A stretch of DNA of 64,000 nt from Methanomassiliicoccales archaeon (GCA_046540255.1 JBKHFJ010000002.1:42616-106615), one strand, 5' to 3'; shown: positions 49,468 through 59,353, numbered from the stretch's first letter. Notes: generated by a model from the sequence alone, not told the origin. Program-made: numbers and translations.

Positions 49468-50499
49468 TCACTGGAGCAGGGCCTCCAGTCTGGACAGCGC
49501 CTCCTCTATGTCCTCCCTCCCTATCCCCCGATGGGTGACGAACCTCACCCTGCGGGGCCCAAAGACCGATACCAGGACGCCCTGCTCGGCCGCCCGGAAG
49601 GAGAATTGATGGGCGTCCATCTCCAGATCGTCGGTGTGCATGACCACGATGTTGGTCTGCACCGATTCGAGATCCACATGGCCCAGCCCCATCCCCTGGA
49701 TTCCCTCTGCCAACAGGCGGGCGTTCCGGTGGTCGTCCGCCAGACGGTCCACCATGTCCCTGATGGCCACCAGCCCGGGGGCGGCGATGATACCGGCCTG
49801 CCTCATGCCCCCGCCGAGCATCTTCCTGACCTTCCGGCAGCGCTCGATGAACTCCTCGCTGCCCACCAGCAGGGATCCCACCGGAGCGGAGAGGCTCTTG
49901 GAGAGGCAGAAGGAGACGCTGTCCACCTGCCTGGCGAAGTCGGACACCTTCGCCCCCAGGGCCACCGCGGCGTTGAACACCCTGGCCCCGTCCATGTGGA
50001 CCTTCATACCCCGCCGCCTGGCCTCGTCGGCGACGGCGGCCACCTGATCGACCGTCCACACCGTTCCGCCGGCCCGGTTGTGGGTGTTCTCTATCTCCAG
50101 TAAAGAGCTCCTGGGGAAGTGAAGATCGTCCCCCCTGTACACCTCCCTGACCTGATCCGGAGTGTAGACCCCCCTGCGCCCCTCCACCAGCCTGGGGATC
50201 AGGCCGGCGATGGCGGACATCCCTCCCACCTCGTAGTAGTAGACGTGGGATTCGGCCTCCATGATCACCTCCTCCCCTGGATCGCAGTGGGCCATCAGCG
50301 CGGTCAGGTTGGACTGGGTGCCGCTGGGGAAGAGGAGCGCCCCCTCGGTACCGAAGGTGCGGGCCGCCAGGTCCTCCAGCTCGTTGACGGTGGGATCCTC
50401 CCTGCTGACGTCGTCCCCCAGCCTGGCCCGGGCGATGCTGTCCATCATCTCGTCGGTCGGCAGGGTCACCGTGTCGCTCCTCAGATCGATCGTCTTCAT
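49468..50499 (-). CDS. ltaE: Low-specificity L-threonine aldolase
   Basis: MKTIDLRSDTVTLPTDEMM....A..GDDV..EDPTVNELE......FG.E.ALLFPSGTQSNL. Start at 50499 within the longer track ORF. Confidence 0.85.
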   Translation of the reverse strand: MKTIDLRSDTVTLPTDEMMDSIARARLGDDVSREDPTVNELEDLAARTFGTEGALLFPSGTQSNLTALMAHCDPGEEVIMEAESHVYYYEVGGMSAIAGLIPRLVEGRRGVYTPDQVREVYRGDDLHFPRSSLLEIENTHNRAGGTVWTVDQVAAVADEARRRGMKVHMDGARVFNAAVALGAKVSDFARQVDSVSFCLSKSLSAPVGSLLVGSEEFIERCRKVRKMLGGGMRQAGIIAAPGLVAIRDMVDRLADDHRNARLLAEGIQGMGLGHVDLESVQTNIVVMHTDDLEMDAHQFSFRAAEQGVLVSVFGPRRVRFVTHRGIGREDIEEALSRLEALLQ

Positions 50500-50596
50500 C
50501 CGGCTCACTCTGTCCGAAAAGCGATATCTCTTAAATATGTAACTGATACCCTCGACCAAGAAGGGATATAAATGGGGGAGGCCATTCCTTCGACCG

Positions 50597-50779
50597 ATGA
50601 AGAGGGAATTACTCGACATCCTGGCCTGCCCGGTGTGCAAGCATCACCCCCTGGAGCTGGAAGTGGAGAAAAAGGAGAAGGGGGACATCGTGGAGGGGAG
50701 GCTGCGCTGTCCCCGATGCGACATCGATTATCCCATAGAGGAGTCCATACCCAACCTGCTCCCGCCGGAGGACGGTTGA
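50597..50779 (+). CDS. Trm112-like zinc-ribbon protein (UPF0434)
   Basis: LLDILACPVCKHHPLELE....G.L.CPRCDIDYPIEESIPNLLP. Confidence 0.75.
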   Translation: MKRELLDILACPVCKHHPLELEVEKKEKGDIVEGRLRCPRCDIDYPIEESIPNLLPPEDG

Positions 50780-50780
50780 T

Positions 50781-51935
50781 TCACAGCCTTTCCAGGGCCT
50801 CCTTGATCCTCTCCAGACCCTCCTTCAGGTCCTCCCGGCTGGCGGCGTAGGAGATACGGAAGTGTCCCTCGCTGTTCGGACCGAAGGCCGAACCCGGGGT
50901 CACCCCCACCTTGGCGTTCTCCAGCAGGTAGGTGCAGAAATCCTCGGAGTTCATCTCGAAGTCGTAGGAGGGGAACACGTAGAAGGCCCCCTTGGGCCGC
51001 TGGCATTCCACTGAGGGGATTTCATCCATCATGTCCATGACCAGGTCCCTCCTGGCCCGGAACTCCCTCACCATCTCCTCCACCTCGTCCCTGGGACCCT
51101 TCAGCGCCTCGATGCCTCCCATCTGGGCGAAGGGTACCGCGCAGGTCACAGAGTGGGACTGTATCTTGCTGACCGCCTTGAATATCTCCGGAGGGGCCAC
51201 CATCCACCCCAGCCTCCATCCGGTCATGGCGAAGGTCTTGGAGAAGCCGTTGACCGTGATGGTCCGGTCGAACATGCCGTCCATCGAGCCGATGGAGTGA
51301 TGCTCGCCCTCGTACACGATCTTCTCGTACACCTCGTCGGAGAGCACGGTGAGGTCATTGTCGATTACCAGGTCGGCTATGCCCTTCACGTCCTCCCTCT
51401 CCAGCACCGATCCGGCCGGGTTGGAGGGGGAGTTGAGCACGATCATCCTGGTCTTGGGACCTATCAGCTCCTGCACCGTCTCGGGGGTCATCCGGAAGCC
51501 GTTCTCCTGGTCGAGGACGGCGTATCGGGGCACGCCACCGGCCAGGCGGATGGAGGCATCGTAGGTGCCCCAGGCGGGGTCCGGGAGGATCACCTCGTCC
51601 CCCTCGTCCACCATGGCCAGGATGCTCATGAATATGGAGTGCTTGGTGGGCGTTACCAGGACGTTGGAGGCGTCGCAGGGTATGCCGTTCTCCTCCCTGC
51701 TCTTCTCCGCCACCAACTCCCTCAGCTCCGGGAAGCCGGCGGAGGGGGTGTAGTGGGTGTACCCCTCCTCCAGCGCCCGTATCGCTGCCTTTCGGATGTT
51801 CTCTGGCGTGGTGAAGTCCGGCTCCCCCATGGAGAAGGAGAGTATGTCCTCACCCTTCTCCTTCAGCTTGGAGACCATGTTGGCGATCCTTACCGTTCCA
51901 GATTCGGGCATGTACCCCATGCGTTTGGCGACCAT
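50781..51935 (-). CDS. aspC: Aspartate/aromatic aminotransferase (class I)
   Basis: ..ILSFSMGEPDFTTP..., ..YTPSAGFPELR.., ..NSPSNPAG.., and the PLP lysine in GFSKTFAMTGWRLG. Confidence 0.85.
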   Translation of the reverse strand: MVAKRMGYMPESGTVRIANMVSKLKEKGEDILSFSMGEPDFTTPENIRKAAIRALEEGYTHYTPSAGFPELRELVAEKSREENGIPCDASNVLVTPTKHSIFMSILAMVDEGDEVILPDPAWGTYDASIRLAGGVPRYAVLDQENGFRMTPETVQELIGPKTRMIVLNSPSNPAGSVLEREDVKGIADLVIDNDLTVLSDEVYEKIVYEGEHHSIGSMDGMFDRTITVNGFSKTFAMTGWRLGWMVAPPEIFKAVSKIQSHSVTCAVPFAQMGGIEALKGPRDEVEEMVREFRARRDLVMDMMDEIPSVECQRPKGAFYVFPSYDFEMNSEDFCTYLLENAKVGVTPGSAFGPNSEGHFRISYAASREDLKEGLERIKEALERL

Positions 51936-52058
51936 CGATTCGCCGTTATCGAGTCTAAGGTTTATTCATTTTCCGCATGGACTGGAGGGACCGTCCGATG
52001 AAGGGGGCTACGAAAGTGCTAAATAACCGTCCAGAGCTAAGGCTGAACGGGAGTAGAA

Positions 52059-52967
52059 ATGCCGTTTGAACTCGACATGACCAGTCTCCGCCACGGAACC
52101 GAGCTGGTGAAGAGAGGATTTGCCCAGATGCAGCAGGGCGGAGTGGTGATGGACGTGACCAACGCGGAGCAGGCCTCCATAGCCGAGGAGGCCGGCGCGG
52201 TCGCCGTCATGGCCCTGGAGAGGGTGCCGGCCGACATCAGGGCCGAGGGCGGCGTGGTGCGTATGGCCGACCCGGCCAAGATCGTGGAGATCATGGATGC
52301 GGTGACCATACCGGTCATGGCCAAGTGCAGGATCGGTCACTTCGTGGAGGCCCAGATACTGGAATCCCTGGGAGTGGACATGATAGACGAGTCGGAGGTG
52401 CTCACCCCGGCCGATCCCTTCTATCATGTGAACAAGAGGGACTTCACCGTCCCGTTCGTGTGCGGTGCCAGGGACCTTGGGGAGGCCCTCAGGAGGATCG
52501 ACGAGGGGGCCGCCATGATCAGGACCAAGGGCGAGGCAGGCACCGGGAACATCATCGAGGCGATGAGGCACCAGAGGCAGATCATGGGCAAGATCCGGGA
52601 GCTCAAGGGCAAGGACGAGGAGGAGCTCGTCACCATCGCCCGGGAGATCGAGGCCACTCCCCAGCTGGTCAGGGAGGTGGCCAAGAGGCAGAGGCTGCCG
52701 GTGATCAACTTCGCCGCGGGGGGCGTGGCCACCCCGGCCGATGCCGCCCTGATGATGCAGATGGGAAGCGACGGCGTTTTCGTGGGGTCCGGGATCTTCA
52801 AGTCCAAGGACCCCCAGCCCAGGGCCAGCGCCATCGTGGAGGCGGTCACCAACTACGACGACCCCTCGGTGCTGGCGGAGATCTCCAAGAACCTGGGTGA
52901 TGCCATGGTGGGCATCACCATAGAGAGCATCGTGGAGGAGGAAAGGCTCCAGGAGAGGGGCTGGTAG
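52059..52967 (+). CDS. pdxS: Pyridoxal 5'-phosphate synthase lyase subunit PdxS
   Basis: ..[42 protein letters not shown]...[16 protein letters not shown]...[10 protein letters not shown]. The sequence is near-invariant across PdxS proteins. Confidence 0.93.
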   Translation: MPFELDMTSLRHGTELVKRGFAQMQQGGVVMDVTNAEQASIAEEAGAVAVMALERVPADIRAEGGVVRMADPAKIVEIMDAVTIPVMAKCRIGHFVEAQILESLGVDMIDESEVLTPADPFYHVNKRDFTVPFVCGARDLGEALRRIDEGAAMIRTKGEAGTGNIIEAMRHQRQIMGKIRELKGKDEEELVTIAREIEATPQLVREVAKRQRLPVINFAAGGVATPADAALMMQMGSDGVFVGSGIFKSKDPQPRASAIVEAVTNYDDPSVLAEISKNLGDAMVGITIESIVEEERLQERGW

Positions 52968-54038
52968 TCAGCTGATTATCCTTTCCAGCATCCCCTTGTC
53001 CATGGCCGACTGTATGTCCTGGGCGATCCTCTTTCCGGTGCTGAGGTTGGGCTCGATGAGCTCCGAGTAGGCCGACCCGGAGACGAACGGGTTGGTCCCG
53101 GCCACTATGCGGGAGGAGATCTCGAACACCTTGAAATCCAGCTGATCGGTGACGATCGACTCCAGGCAGAAGGGGCCGGTGATCCCACCGAACATCTCCT
53201 GGGAGCGGGCGACCACCTTCTCCCCCATCTCGAATATCTTGGGCAGCAGGCTCTCCCTCACCACCACCGGTATGTTGCCGGTGACCACGAAGGAGGGGAA
53301 CAGGCCGTGCTTCTTCAGCTCCTCCTGGGCGCCAAGCTTGTACATCTCGTCGATGTTGCTCTCGTCCCTCCTGTCGATGGACAGCAGCTCCAGGGCACCG
53401 TCCGAGGTGCGGTAGCCGTCCTCCCGGACGGGGGAGAAGAAGTAGTGCAGGTAGTACCTGGTCCCCAGGATGTACTCCTGGATGGTGTAGGGCTGGGAGT
53501 AGTCGATCCCCAGCTTGAAGTCGGCGTAGTCCTTGGCGATGAAGAAGCCCCGGCCGCCCTTGGCCCCGTGGTACTTCACCAGCACCGGGCGGTCGATGTC
53601 CTCGGGATCGCTCAGCTTATCGGGCATGCTGATCCCGGCCGACTCCAGCCACTCCCTCTCCTTCTCCCGGTCGGACTCCCAGTGCAGGACCGCCCTGTTG
53701 CCGTATATGGGGACCTCCAGGCGCTCGAACCTCTCGTGGCCCAGGTACTCCACGAAGGATCCGTGGGGGATGATGATCACGTTGCTGTCGGTGAGCTCCT
53801 CCGCCCGGTCCATGAGCTCGTCGTAGCTGTCCATCCTGAGTATCTCGTCCGGCTTTCCCATGGGAAAGGCATCGTAGAACTTGGTCCTCTGATCCACCGC
53901 CAGACCCAGGGTCTTGAATCCCATCGACCTGGCGCCGTGGAATATCTGAAGCGAGGAGTGCGAGCAGAGGGTGGCGATGACCACGTCGTCCCGATCGTAA
54001 TCTTCGAGAATGCCGAGGATCTTATCCTTTGGAACCAT
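52968..54038 (-). CDS. purP: FAICAR synthetase PurP (ATP-grasp)
   Basis: ..IATLCSHSSLQIFHGARSMGFKTLGL.., ..IIIPHGSFVEYLG.., ..VKYHGAKGGRGFFIA.. are typical archaeal PurP motifs. Confidence 0.88.
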   Translation of the reverse strand: MVPKDKILGILEDYDRDDVVIATLCSHSSLQIFHGARSMGFKTLGLAVDQRTKFYDAFPMGKPDEILRMDSYDELMDRAEELTDSNVIIIPHGSFVEYLGHERFERLEVPIYGNRAVLHWESDREKEREWLESAGISMPDKLSDPEDIDRPVLVKYHGAKGGRGFFIAKDYADFKLGIDYSQPYTIQEYILGTRYYLHYFFSPVREDGYRTSDGALELLSIDRRDESNIDEMYKLGAQEELKKHGLFPSFVVTGNIPVVVRESLLPKIFEMGEKVVARSQEMFGGITGPFCLESIVTDQLDFKVFEISSRIVAGTNPFVSGSAYSELIEPNLSTGKRIAQDIQSAMDKGMLERIIS

Positions 54039-54084
54039 ATTTCAGCATATCAATGGGATATATAAAATTTTCTAATCCTACTGG

Positions 54085-54597
54085 CTATCCGAACAGGTTG
54101 ATTCCGCAGAACTCCAGGAGGATGAACAGGGACCAGGCACGGATCACGCCGCCGATGAAGTTGACCAGGGCGAAGTACCTCATCTCCAGGACGCGCCCCT
54201 CCTTGTTGAAGATGGAGAACAGGTAGATGGGGATGGTGTCCACCATCCCCGGTATGGACAGGAGGATGAGGAGGCCCACGTAGCCGAATTTCTGCACCAG
54301 CTTCTCAGACTTCTCCACGAACCAGGTGAACCAGGGCCACCTCTCCCACCGGCGGACCATGGGCTCCACCCTAATGCCCAGGTAGAATACCAAGATGCTG
54401 CCCACGCACTTGCCGGCTCCCAGGATGAGGGCCTTGACGAAGAAGGGGGTGGCGGGGCTCCAGATGAGCCCAAGCTCCACCGGTATGGGCAGGAAGACCG
54501 CCGCCAGTATCCCGTATATGAAGAATAGCACCGAGTAGATGATCGGATCGGTGGAGTACTGGAACAGGAAGTCCATGAGGGCCTGGAACGGGTCCAT
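54085..54597 (-). CDS. DedA/TVP38-type (VTT domain) membrane protein
   Basis: ..LAAVFLPIPVELGLIW...LILGAGKCVGSILVFYLG... with 4-5 TM helices. Start at MDPFQAL (54597); the upstream part of the track ORF runs across the tandem repeat. Confidence 0.7.
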   Translation of the reverse strand: MDPFQALMDFLFQYSTDPIIYSVLFFIYGILAAVFLPIPVELGLIWSPATPFFVKALILGAGKCVGSILVFYLGIRVEPMVRRWERWPWFTWFVEKSEKLVQKFGYVGLLILLSIPGMVDTIPIYLFSIFNKEGRVLEMRYFALVNFIGGVIRAWSLFILLEFCGINLFG

Positions 54598-54657
54598 GTT
54601 GCCAGGGGTACATATCAAACGGTAAAAACTCTTTCGAAGTGAGTGCACACTTGGAAT

Positions 54658-54693
54658 CTCTCGTTCTCCGTGTAGCTCTCGTTCTCCGGGTAG
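54658..54693. repeat. Tandem direct repeat, 2 x 18 nt (CTCTCGTTCTCCGTGTAG / CTCTCGTTCTCCGGGTAG)
   Basis: Read directly from the sequence; 17 of 18 positions are identical and the copies are head to tail. It lies in the 163-nt divergent intergenic region between 54597 (-) and 54761 (+). Confidence 0.85.
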
Positions 54694-54760
54694 CCAGTCG
54701 ATGGAAGCGCTGAGGAAGCTTTTTATGCACGTATTATTATTACGCACACTGGGATTTACG

Positions 54761-55372
54761 ATGGCGTCTACGGGTGGAAAATCGGACGATTGGTTTCAAG
54801 AGTTGGATGAGGAGCTGGAGAAGAAGACCCAGGCCATCACACAGGATGTTGTCGAACTCAGCAACCAGAAGAGGGAGATCAACCAGACCTTTATCGAGGA
54901 CTTCTGGAAGATCCTGATGAGGTTCGGGAAGATCAACGTCCACCTGACCATGGAGCCCTCCTACAGCGCCTTCGCCCAGTTCGAGGAGTTCCCCAACGAG
55001 TGGAAGTTCAAGGAATCCTTCAACTTCGCCGGTGTGAACAAGGTCCAGCTCGTGGACAGGACCCAGGAGCAGGGAAGGATGGGGGACTCCCTGAGCGTGC
55101 TCCACTACTCGGAGGACTCCACTCCCAGGATCAGGATGGTGTTCGAGTACTGCGAGGGTGAGCAGTACTACAAGTACGCCGGCTGGAAGAGGATATTCGC
55201 CCAGTTCATCATCTACGACAACGAAGTGTCCAAGCTGGACATGGACGACCTGCACGAGAAGCTGGGTGACGTGATCAAGGCATGGTACGAGTCCCATCTG
55301 CGCCGGAACCGGGAGCTCCTGATCAAGCACCTCAAGGAGAACTACGAGAGGGGAGAGACCTTCACCCAGTGA
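54761..55372 (+). CDS. Hypothetical protein (203 aa)
   Basis: Clean ORF with somewhat lower GC than its neighbours. ATG 54761 is preceded by a TATA-like GTATTATTATTAC (54731-54743). No domain recognised. Confidence 0.55.
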   Translation: MASTGGKSDDWFQELDEELEKKTQAITQDVVELSNQKREINQTFIEDFWKILMRFGKINVHLTMEPSYSAFAQFEEFPNEWKFKESFNFAGVNKVQLVDRTQEQGRMGDSLSVLHYSEDSTPRIRMVFEYCEGEQYYKYAGWKRIFAQFIIYDNEVSKLDMDDLHEKLGDVIKAWYESHLRRNRELLIKHLKENYERGETFTQ

Positions 55373-55465
55373 TGCATGGTCACTTTCGGTGACCACCTCG
55401 AACAATACTTTTAAGCGGAAACCGGATATCCGATACCATCCGTGTTCTCGGGCGGAGGCAATCAA

Positions 55466-56785
55466 ATGAAAAAGGAAGAAATTGCACCCCACGTCGAGGA
55501 GATAACCAGGGTGCTGGAAGGAGAAGTGGAGGAGCAGGAGATCTGGAAGGAGTTCGAGGACTACATCAACCTCTACAAGGTGGACCTGGAGACCGCCAAG
55601 AGGGGGATAGTCCGTAAGTACGGGGGCGACCCCGGGATGCTGACCCAGGGGGTGAGGAGGACCATCGACTCCCTGAGGACCACCGACGGGAGCGTCGATC
55701 TCCTGGTCAGGGTGGTCACCGTCAACGAGAGGACCATCGACAAGAAGGACGGGACCCAGAAGAAGATAAACTACGGCATCTTCGGGGACGAGACGGGAAC
55801 GGTGCCCTTCACCGTCTGGGAACCGGACAGGTTCGACTTCCAGAAGGGTGAGGTCTACCAGATACAGAACGCATACGTCAAGGAGTTCCAGAACAAGCCC
55901 CAGATCAATCTGAACGAGAGATCCGTGGCCACCAAGGAGGACCAGGACGCCCTTTCCATGCCGGAGGGATACTCCTCCGCCCCAGCGGGCGAGGTGGGGC
56001 TCTCCCAGCTGCAGGAGGGCATGAGCTCCGTGACCGTCACCGTGCGCATCCTCTCCCTGGAGGAGAGGGAGGTCAACGCCAAGGGGGAGACCAAGACGAT
56101 CTGGTCCGGCGTGGTGGCGGACGAGACCGCCAAGTCCCAGTTCACCTCCTGGACCGACCTGGGCCTGAAGGAGGGAGAGGTGGTCAAGATCCAGAACGCC
56201 TACGTGAAGAGCTGGAGGGGGATACCCCAGCTGAACGTCAACGAGCGCTCCGAGGTAACCAGACCGGACATCGATTTTCCCTCCACGGAGGAGTTGTCCC
56301 CCTCCAGGGTCAGGAAGATCGCCGACCTGGAGCGGGTGGGCGGGGGCGTGGACGTCGCCGTCAAGGGCGTGGTGGTGGACATCAAGAGGGGGAGCGGACT
56401 CATCTTCCGCTGCCCCGAGTGCAACCGCCAGGTCCAGTCCAATACCTGCCGCGTCCACGGCAAGGTGGAGGGGCAGCCCGACCTGAGGATCAAGGCGGTG
56501 GTGGACGACGGCACCGGGACGCTCACCGGCATAATCAACCGGGAGGTCACCGAGGCGCTCCTGGGCATCGAGCTGGACTCCGCCCTTCAGAGGGCCAGGG
56601 AGGCCATGGACCACGAGATCATCAAGGAGGAGATGGAGGAGAAGATGCTCGCCTACCTTCTGTGGGTCCAGGGCAACGTGATCAGCGACGACTTCGGGCT
56701 GATGATGATCGTGAACGAAGCCCGCTTCCCCAAGGAGGACGTGACGGGGGATGCCAGGGAGCTCCTGGCCAAGTTGGAGGCCTGA
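55466..56785 (+). CDS. rpa: Replication protein A (multi-OB-fold ssDNA-binding protein with zinc finger)
   Basis: Repeated OB modules (..GIFGDETGTVPFTVWE....GEVYQIQNAYVKEFQNKPQINLNERS.. and ..GVVADETAKSQFTSW....GEVVKIQNAYVKSWRGIPQLNVNERS..) plus CPECNRQV...C.VHG. GGAGG lies before ATG 55466. Confidence 0.8.
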   Translation: MKKEEIAPHVEEITRVLEGEVEEQEIWKEFEDYINLYKVDLETAKRGIVRKYGGDPGMLTQGVRRTIDSLRTTDGSVDLLVRVVTVNERTIDKKDGTQKKINYGIFGDETGTVPFTVWEPDRFDFQKGEVYQIQNAYVKEFQNKPQINLNERSVATKEDQDALSMPEGYSSAPAGEVGLSQLQEGMSSVTVTVRILSLEEREVNAKGETKTIWSGVVADETAKSQFTSWTDLGLKEGEVVKIQNAYVKSWRGIPQLNVNERSEVTRPDIDFPSTEELSPSRVRKIADLERVGGGVDVAVKGVVVDIKRGSGLIFRCPECNRQVQSNTCRVHGKVEGQPDLRIKAVVDDGTGTLTGIINREVTEALLGIELDSALQRAREAMDHEIIKEEMEEKMLAYLLWVQGNVISDDFGLMMIVNEARFPKEDVTGDARELLAKLEA

Positions 56786-56788
56786 TCC

Positions 56789-57685
56789 ATGATATCCAGA
56801 GAGATAGCCTGGAGGGTGTTCGCCGGGGAGTACAACTCCTCGGACCTGGAGATCAAGGGGGAGGGGGAGAGGGCCCCCTCCTACGTGGTCACGCCCCTGG
56901 GGGCGATGGTGAACCGCCTCTTCGTGGTCGGGGTGATGACCGACAAGGACAACATCGGCACCGAGGAGGAGCCCCTGTGGAGGGCCCGCATCTCCGATCC
57001 CTCCGGCATCTTCTACATCTCCGCCGGACAGTACCAGCCCGAGGCGGCCCTGGCCGTGTCCAAGATCGAGCCGCCGGCCTTCGTGGCCGTGGTGGGCAAG
57101 TCCCGCACCTATTCGCCGGAGGAGGGGACCGTGTACGTGTCCATAAGGCCGGAGGCGGTCAAGGTGGTCGAGGAGGAGATACGCGACTACTGGGTCCTCG
57201 AGGCGGGGCAGGCCACCGTCAAGCGGATCGAGGCCATGGAGGACGCCCTGGAGATGGAGGAGCCGTCGGTGGAAGAGTTGGTCAAGCTGGGGCACGAGAG
57301 GAGGCTGGCCCAGGGAGTGGTTCAGAGCCTCTCCCACTACGTGGGGGTGAACCTCAGCACCTACAGGGAGATGGTGGTGGACGCCCTGCGCTACCTGCTC
57401 CCCGAGCATGAGATGGAGATGGAGGTGCCCAAGGGGGAGCCGGAATCCCCGGAAGAGATCGAGGTCGAGGAGGTCGAGGAAGAGGAGGACATCGACCGGG
57501 AGGAGCAGGTCCTGGGGATCATAGATGCCCTGGACAGGAACGAGAAGGGTGCCCCGTGGGACGAGATCATGGAGGAATCGGAGAAGGTCGGGATCGGGCA
57601 GACCGATCTGGAGGAGATCACCAACTCCCTCCTGGACAAGGGTCTAATCTACGAGCCGGTCCTGGGAAAGATGAAAAGGATATGA
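56789..57685 (+). CDS. RPA-associated second subunit (COG3390-like OB-fold plus C-terminal winged helix)
   Basis: It starts 3 nt after the rpa stop. The layout is an N-terminal OB-like region (..YVVTPLGAMVNRLFVVGVMTDKDNIG..), an acidic linker, and a C-terminal wHTH-like ..ILGIIDALDRNEKGAPWDEIMEES....LEEITNSLLDKGLIYEP. Confidence 0.6.
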   Translation: MISREIAWRVFAGEYNSSDLEIKGEGERAPSYVVTPLGAMVNRLFVVGVMTDKDNIGTEEEPLWRARISDPSGIFYISAGQYQPEAALAVSKIEPPAFVAVVGKSRTYSPEEGTVYVSIRPEAVKVVEEEIRDYWVLEAGQATVKRIEAMEDALEMEEPSVEELVKLGHERRLAQGVVQSLSHYVGVNLSTYREMVVDALRYLLPEHEMEMEVPKGEPESPEEIEVEEVEEEEDIDREEQVLGIIDALDRNEKGAPWDEIMEESEKVGIGQTDLEEITNSLLDKGLIYEPVLGKMKRI

Positions 57686-57704
57686 GGAAGTGGTTTGGGA
57701 AGGG

Positions 57705-58229
57705 TCAATCCCTGAACTCCTTCCGGGATATCGCGACGAGGATCAGTCCTATCAGCCCCAGCAGGGTGCCCAGGAAGAAGCCTCCCGAGGCGAAGAAGGC
57801 GAGTACGCCCCCGGCCACGGCCAGCCCCCATCTCCGTCGTTTCACGGCCATGTATCCCCCGACGACCGCGATGACACCGAAGATGATCGTGATCGCGCCG
57901 ACCGCGAGGATGAGGTCGGTGGTGATCTCGTAGCCGAGCCCCTCGCTCAGGGATTCGTACATCTCCACGAACGCGGCGGCGTCGGCTGCCATGTACAGTC
58001 CGGTCAGTATGGCCAGAATTCCAGAGATCAGGATGAGGGCCCCGCCCAGGCCGGCCTTGCCGGTGGTCACCGACCGAGGCTTCGCCTCCCGGGCCGGAAT
58101 CTCCTTGGGCTCCTCCGCACGGATCCTGTATCCGCAGTTGGGGCAGACAGCCGCTCCCGCAGGGACGGTGACGCGGCAGCTGGGACAGGTCTCGTCGATC
58201 AGCTCCTCGTAGGGCGTCTCTTCCACCAT
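57705..58229 (-). CDS. Zinc-ribbon membrane protein
   Basis: An N-terminal CPSC..x10..CPNC ribbon, then four hydrophobic helices. Confidence 0.65.
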   Translation of the reverse strand: MVEETPYEELIDETCPSCRVTVPAGAAVCPNCGYRIRAEEPKEIPAREAKPRSVTTGKAGLGGALILISGILAILTGLYMAADAAAFVEMYESLSEGLGYEITTDLILAVGAITIIFGVIAVVGGYMAVKRRRWGLAVAGGVLAFFASGGFFLGTLLGLIGLILVAISRKEFRD

Positions 58230-58339
58230 GTCCTCCTATACCCCAGTAGTATAGATGGGGCGCCGGAGTATATATTCGTATTGCAGGGGGATGACATCAG
58301 CCGGAACGCCAGCAGTGGCCCTCCATAGGGGGATTTGGA

Positions 58340-58371
58340 GGAAATAATGGAAAGTGAGGCCGAAGGGCCCC
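58340..58371 (-). terminator. Hairpin (GGGGCC-CTTC-GGCCTC) plus T-rich tract after gene 58381-59283
   Basis: On the minus strand the hairpin occupies 58371-58356, 10 nt after the stop. It is followed by ACTTTCCATTATTTCC. Confidence 0.35.
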
Positions 58372-58380
58372 TTTGATCGC

Positions 58381-59283
58381 CTACTGCATCTCGTTGAGTA
58401 GCTGGTCCTCGAACTGCCACTGCGCCCGGAAGTGATCGTTCATGTCCTTGATCAGTATCCAGTACCAGTAGATGATGAATATCCCGAAGGTCACGATGCT
58501 CAGTATCAGATAGATGGCGAAGGACCTGCTGGGAAGGGTCTTCCACGATGGAAGGACCACGGTCATTCCCAGCTGGGAGCCCGCCGCCTGCACCTGCTGG
58601 GTGAAGGCGTGCCATCTCCTGTCGTGCTCCGGAGGGTACTTGGTCAAAAAGTACAGGTCGATCAGCAGGAATATCCACCCCACCAGCGGGATGATCGGGA
58701 GGATGGCCCATACCAGGCTGGTCTCGCTCTCGTTGCTCCTGGAGTCGTAGTGGATGCTCTCCATGGTCTGGATCTGGGAGGACATCTGGTCGGAGACGCC
58801 TGTCTCCGTCCCCTTCTTCTTGAAGTAGTCGATCACCGCCTCCCGAAGCATCCCCTCCCGGCGGGTGTGCATGTTGTTCCGATTGAACAGCTTGTACAGT
58901 AGTAGGACGAACAGCACCAGGACGACTATGTTCACCGCGATGCCCACTCCGGTCATGACGGCCCAATCACCCGGACCGACCAGGAGGCTGACGCCTCCCA
59001 CGATCGCGATGTTGAGCACCACCGCCAGGACCGGGAGGAACGCCCAGATCTGACTGAGCTCCTCGTCAGTGCTAGACCTCCATCTAACCGCCTCCCTGAT
59101 CCTCCCCTCCGGGGAGGTATCACGGGGCTGCTGAGGAGGGTACTGTCCCTGCCACTGCTGCTGGGGCGCCTGGGGGCCCTGGTCGGGCCCCACCGAGGCC
59201 AGGTTGGCCCCGCAGTTGGGGCACCACTCGGCACCGGCGTCCACCAGCCTCTTGCAGTTCGGGCAGGTCTTCTCATCTGCCAT
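58381..59283 (-). CDS. Zinc-ribbon protein with Gln/Pro-rich linker and DUF4234-like membrane domain
   Basis: An N-terminal CPNC..x10..CPNC ribbon, a QAPQQQWQGQYPPQQP linker, and several TM helices, including ..LILSIVTFGIFIIYWYWILIKDMNDHF. Confidence 0.65.
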   Translation of the reverse strand: MADEKTCPNCKRLVDAGAEWCPNCGANLASVGPDQGPQAPQQQWQGQYPPQQPRDTSPEGRIREAVRWRSSTDEELSQIWAFLPVLAVVLNIAIVGGVSLLVGPGDWAVMTGVGIAVNIVVLVLFVLLLYKLFNRNNMHTRREGMLREAVIDYFKKKGTETGVSDQMSSQIQTMESIHYDSRSNESETSLVWAILPIIPLVGWIFLLIDLYFLTKYPPEHDRRWHAFTQQVQAAGSQLGMTVVLPSWKTLPSRSFAIYLILSIVTFGIFIIYWYWILIKDMNDHFRAQWQFEDQLLNEMQ

Positions 59284-59353
59284 TATAGAATCCCCCTTAG
59301 ATTGTCAGGTGACGGAATCCCTCTCTTAATAGATAAAATAAATGATTAGAGTG

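Noticed and set aside
51990-52032. A repeated ACCGTCC heptamer in the aspC/pdxS divergent region.
   Set aside because: A 7-mer repeated twice, 36 nt apart, is well within chance expectation.
54740-57409. An 889-aa minus-strand ORF.
   Set aside because: It is antisense to the hypothetical gene and both RPA genes. The composition is the same junk-like type and no motif is present.
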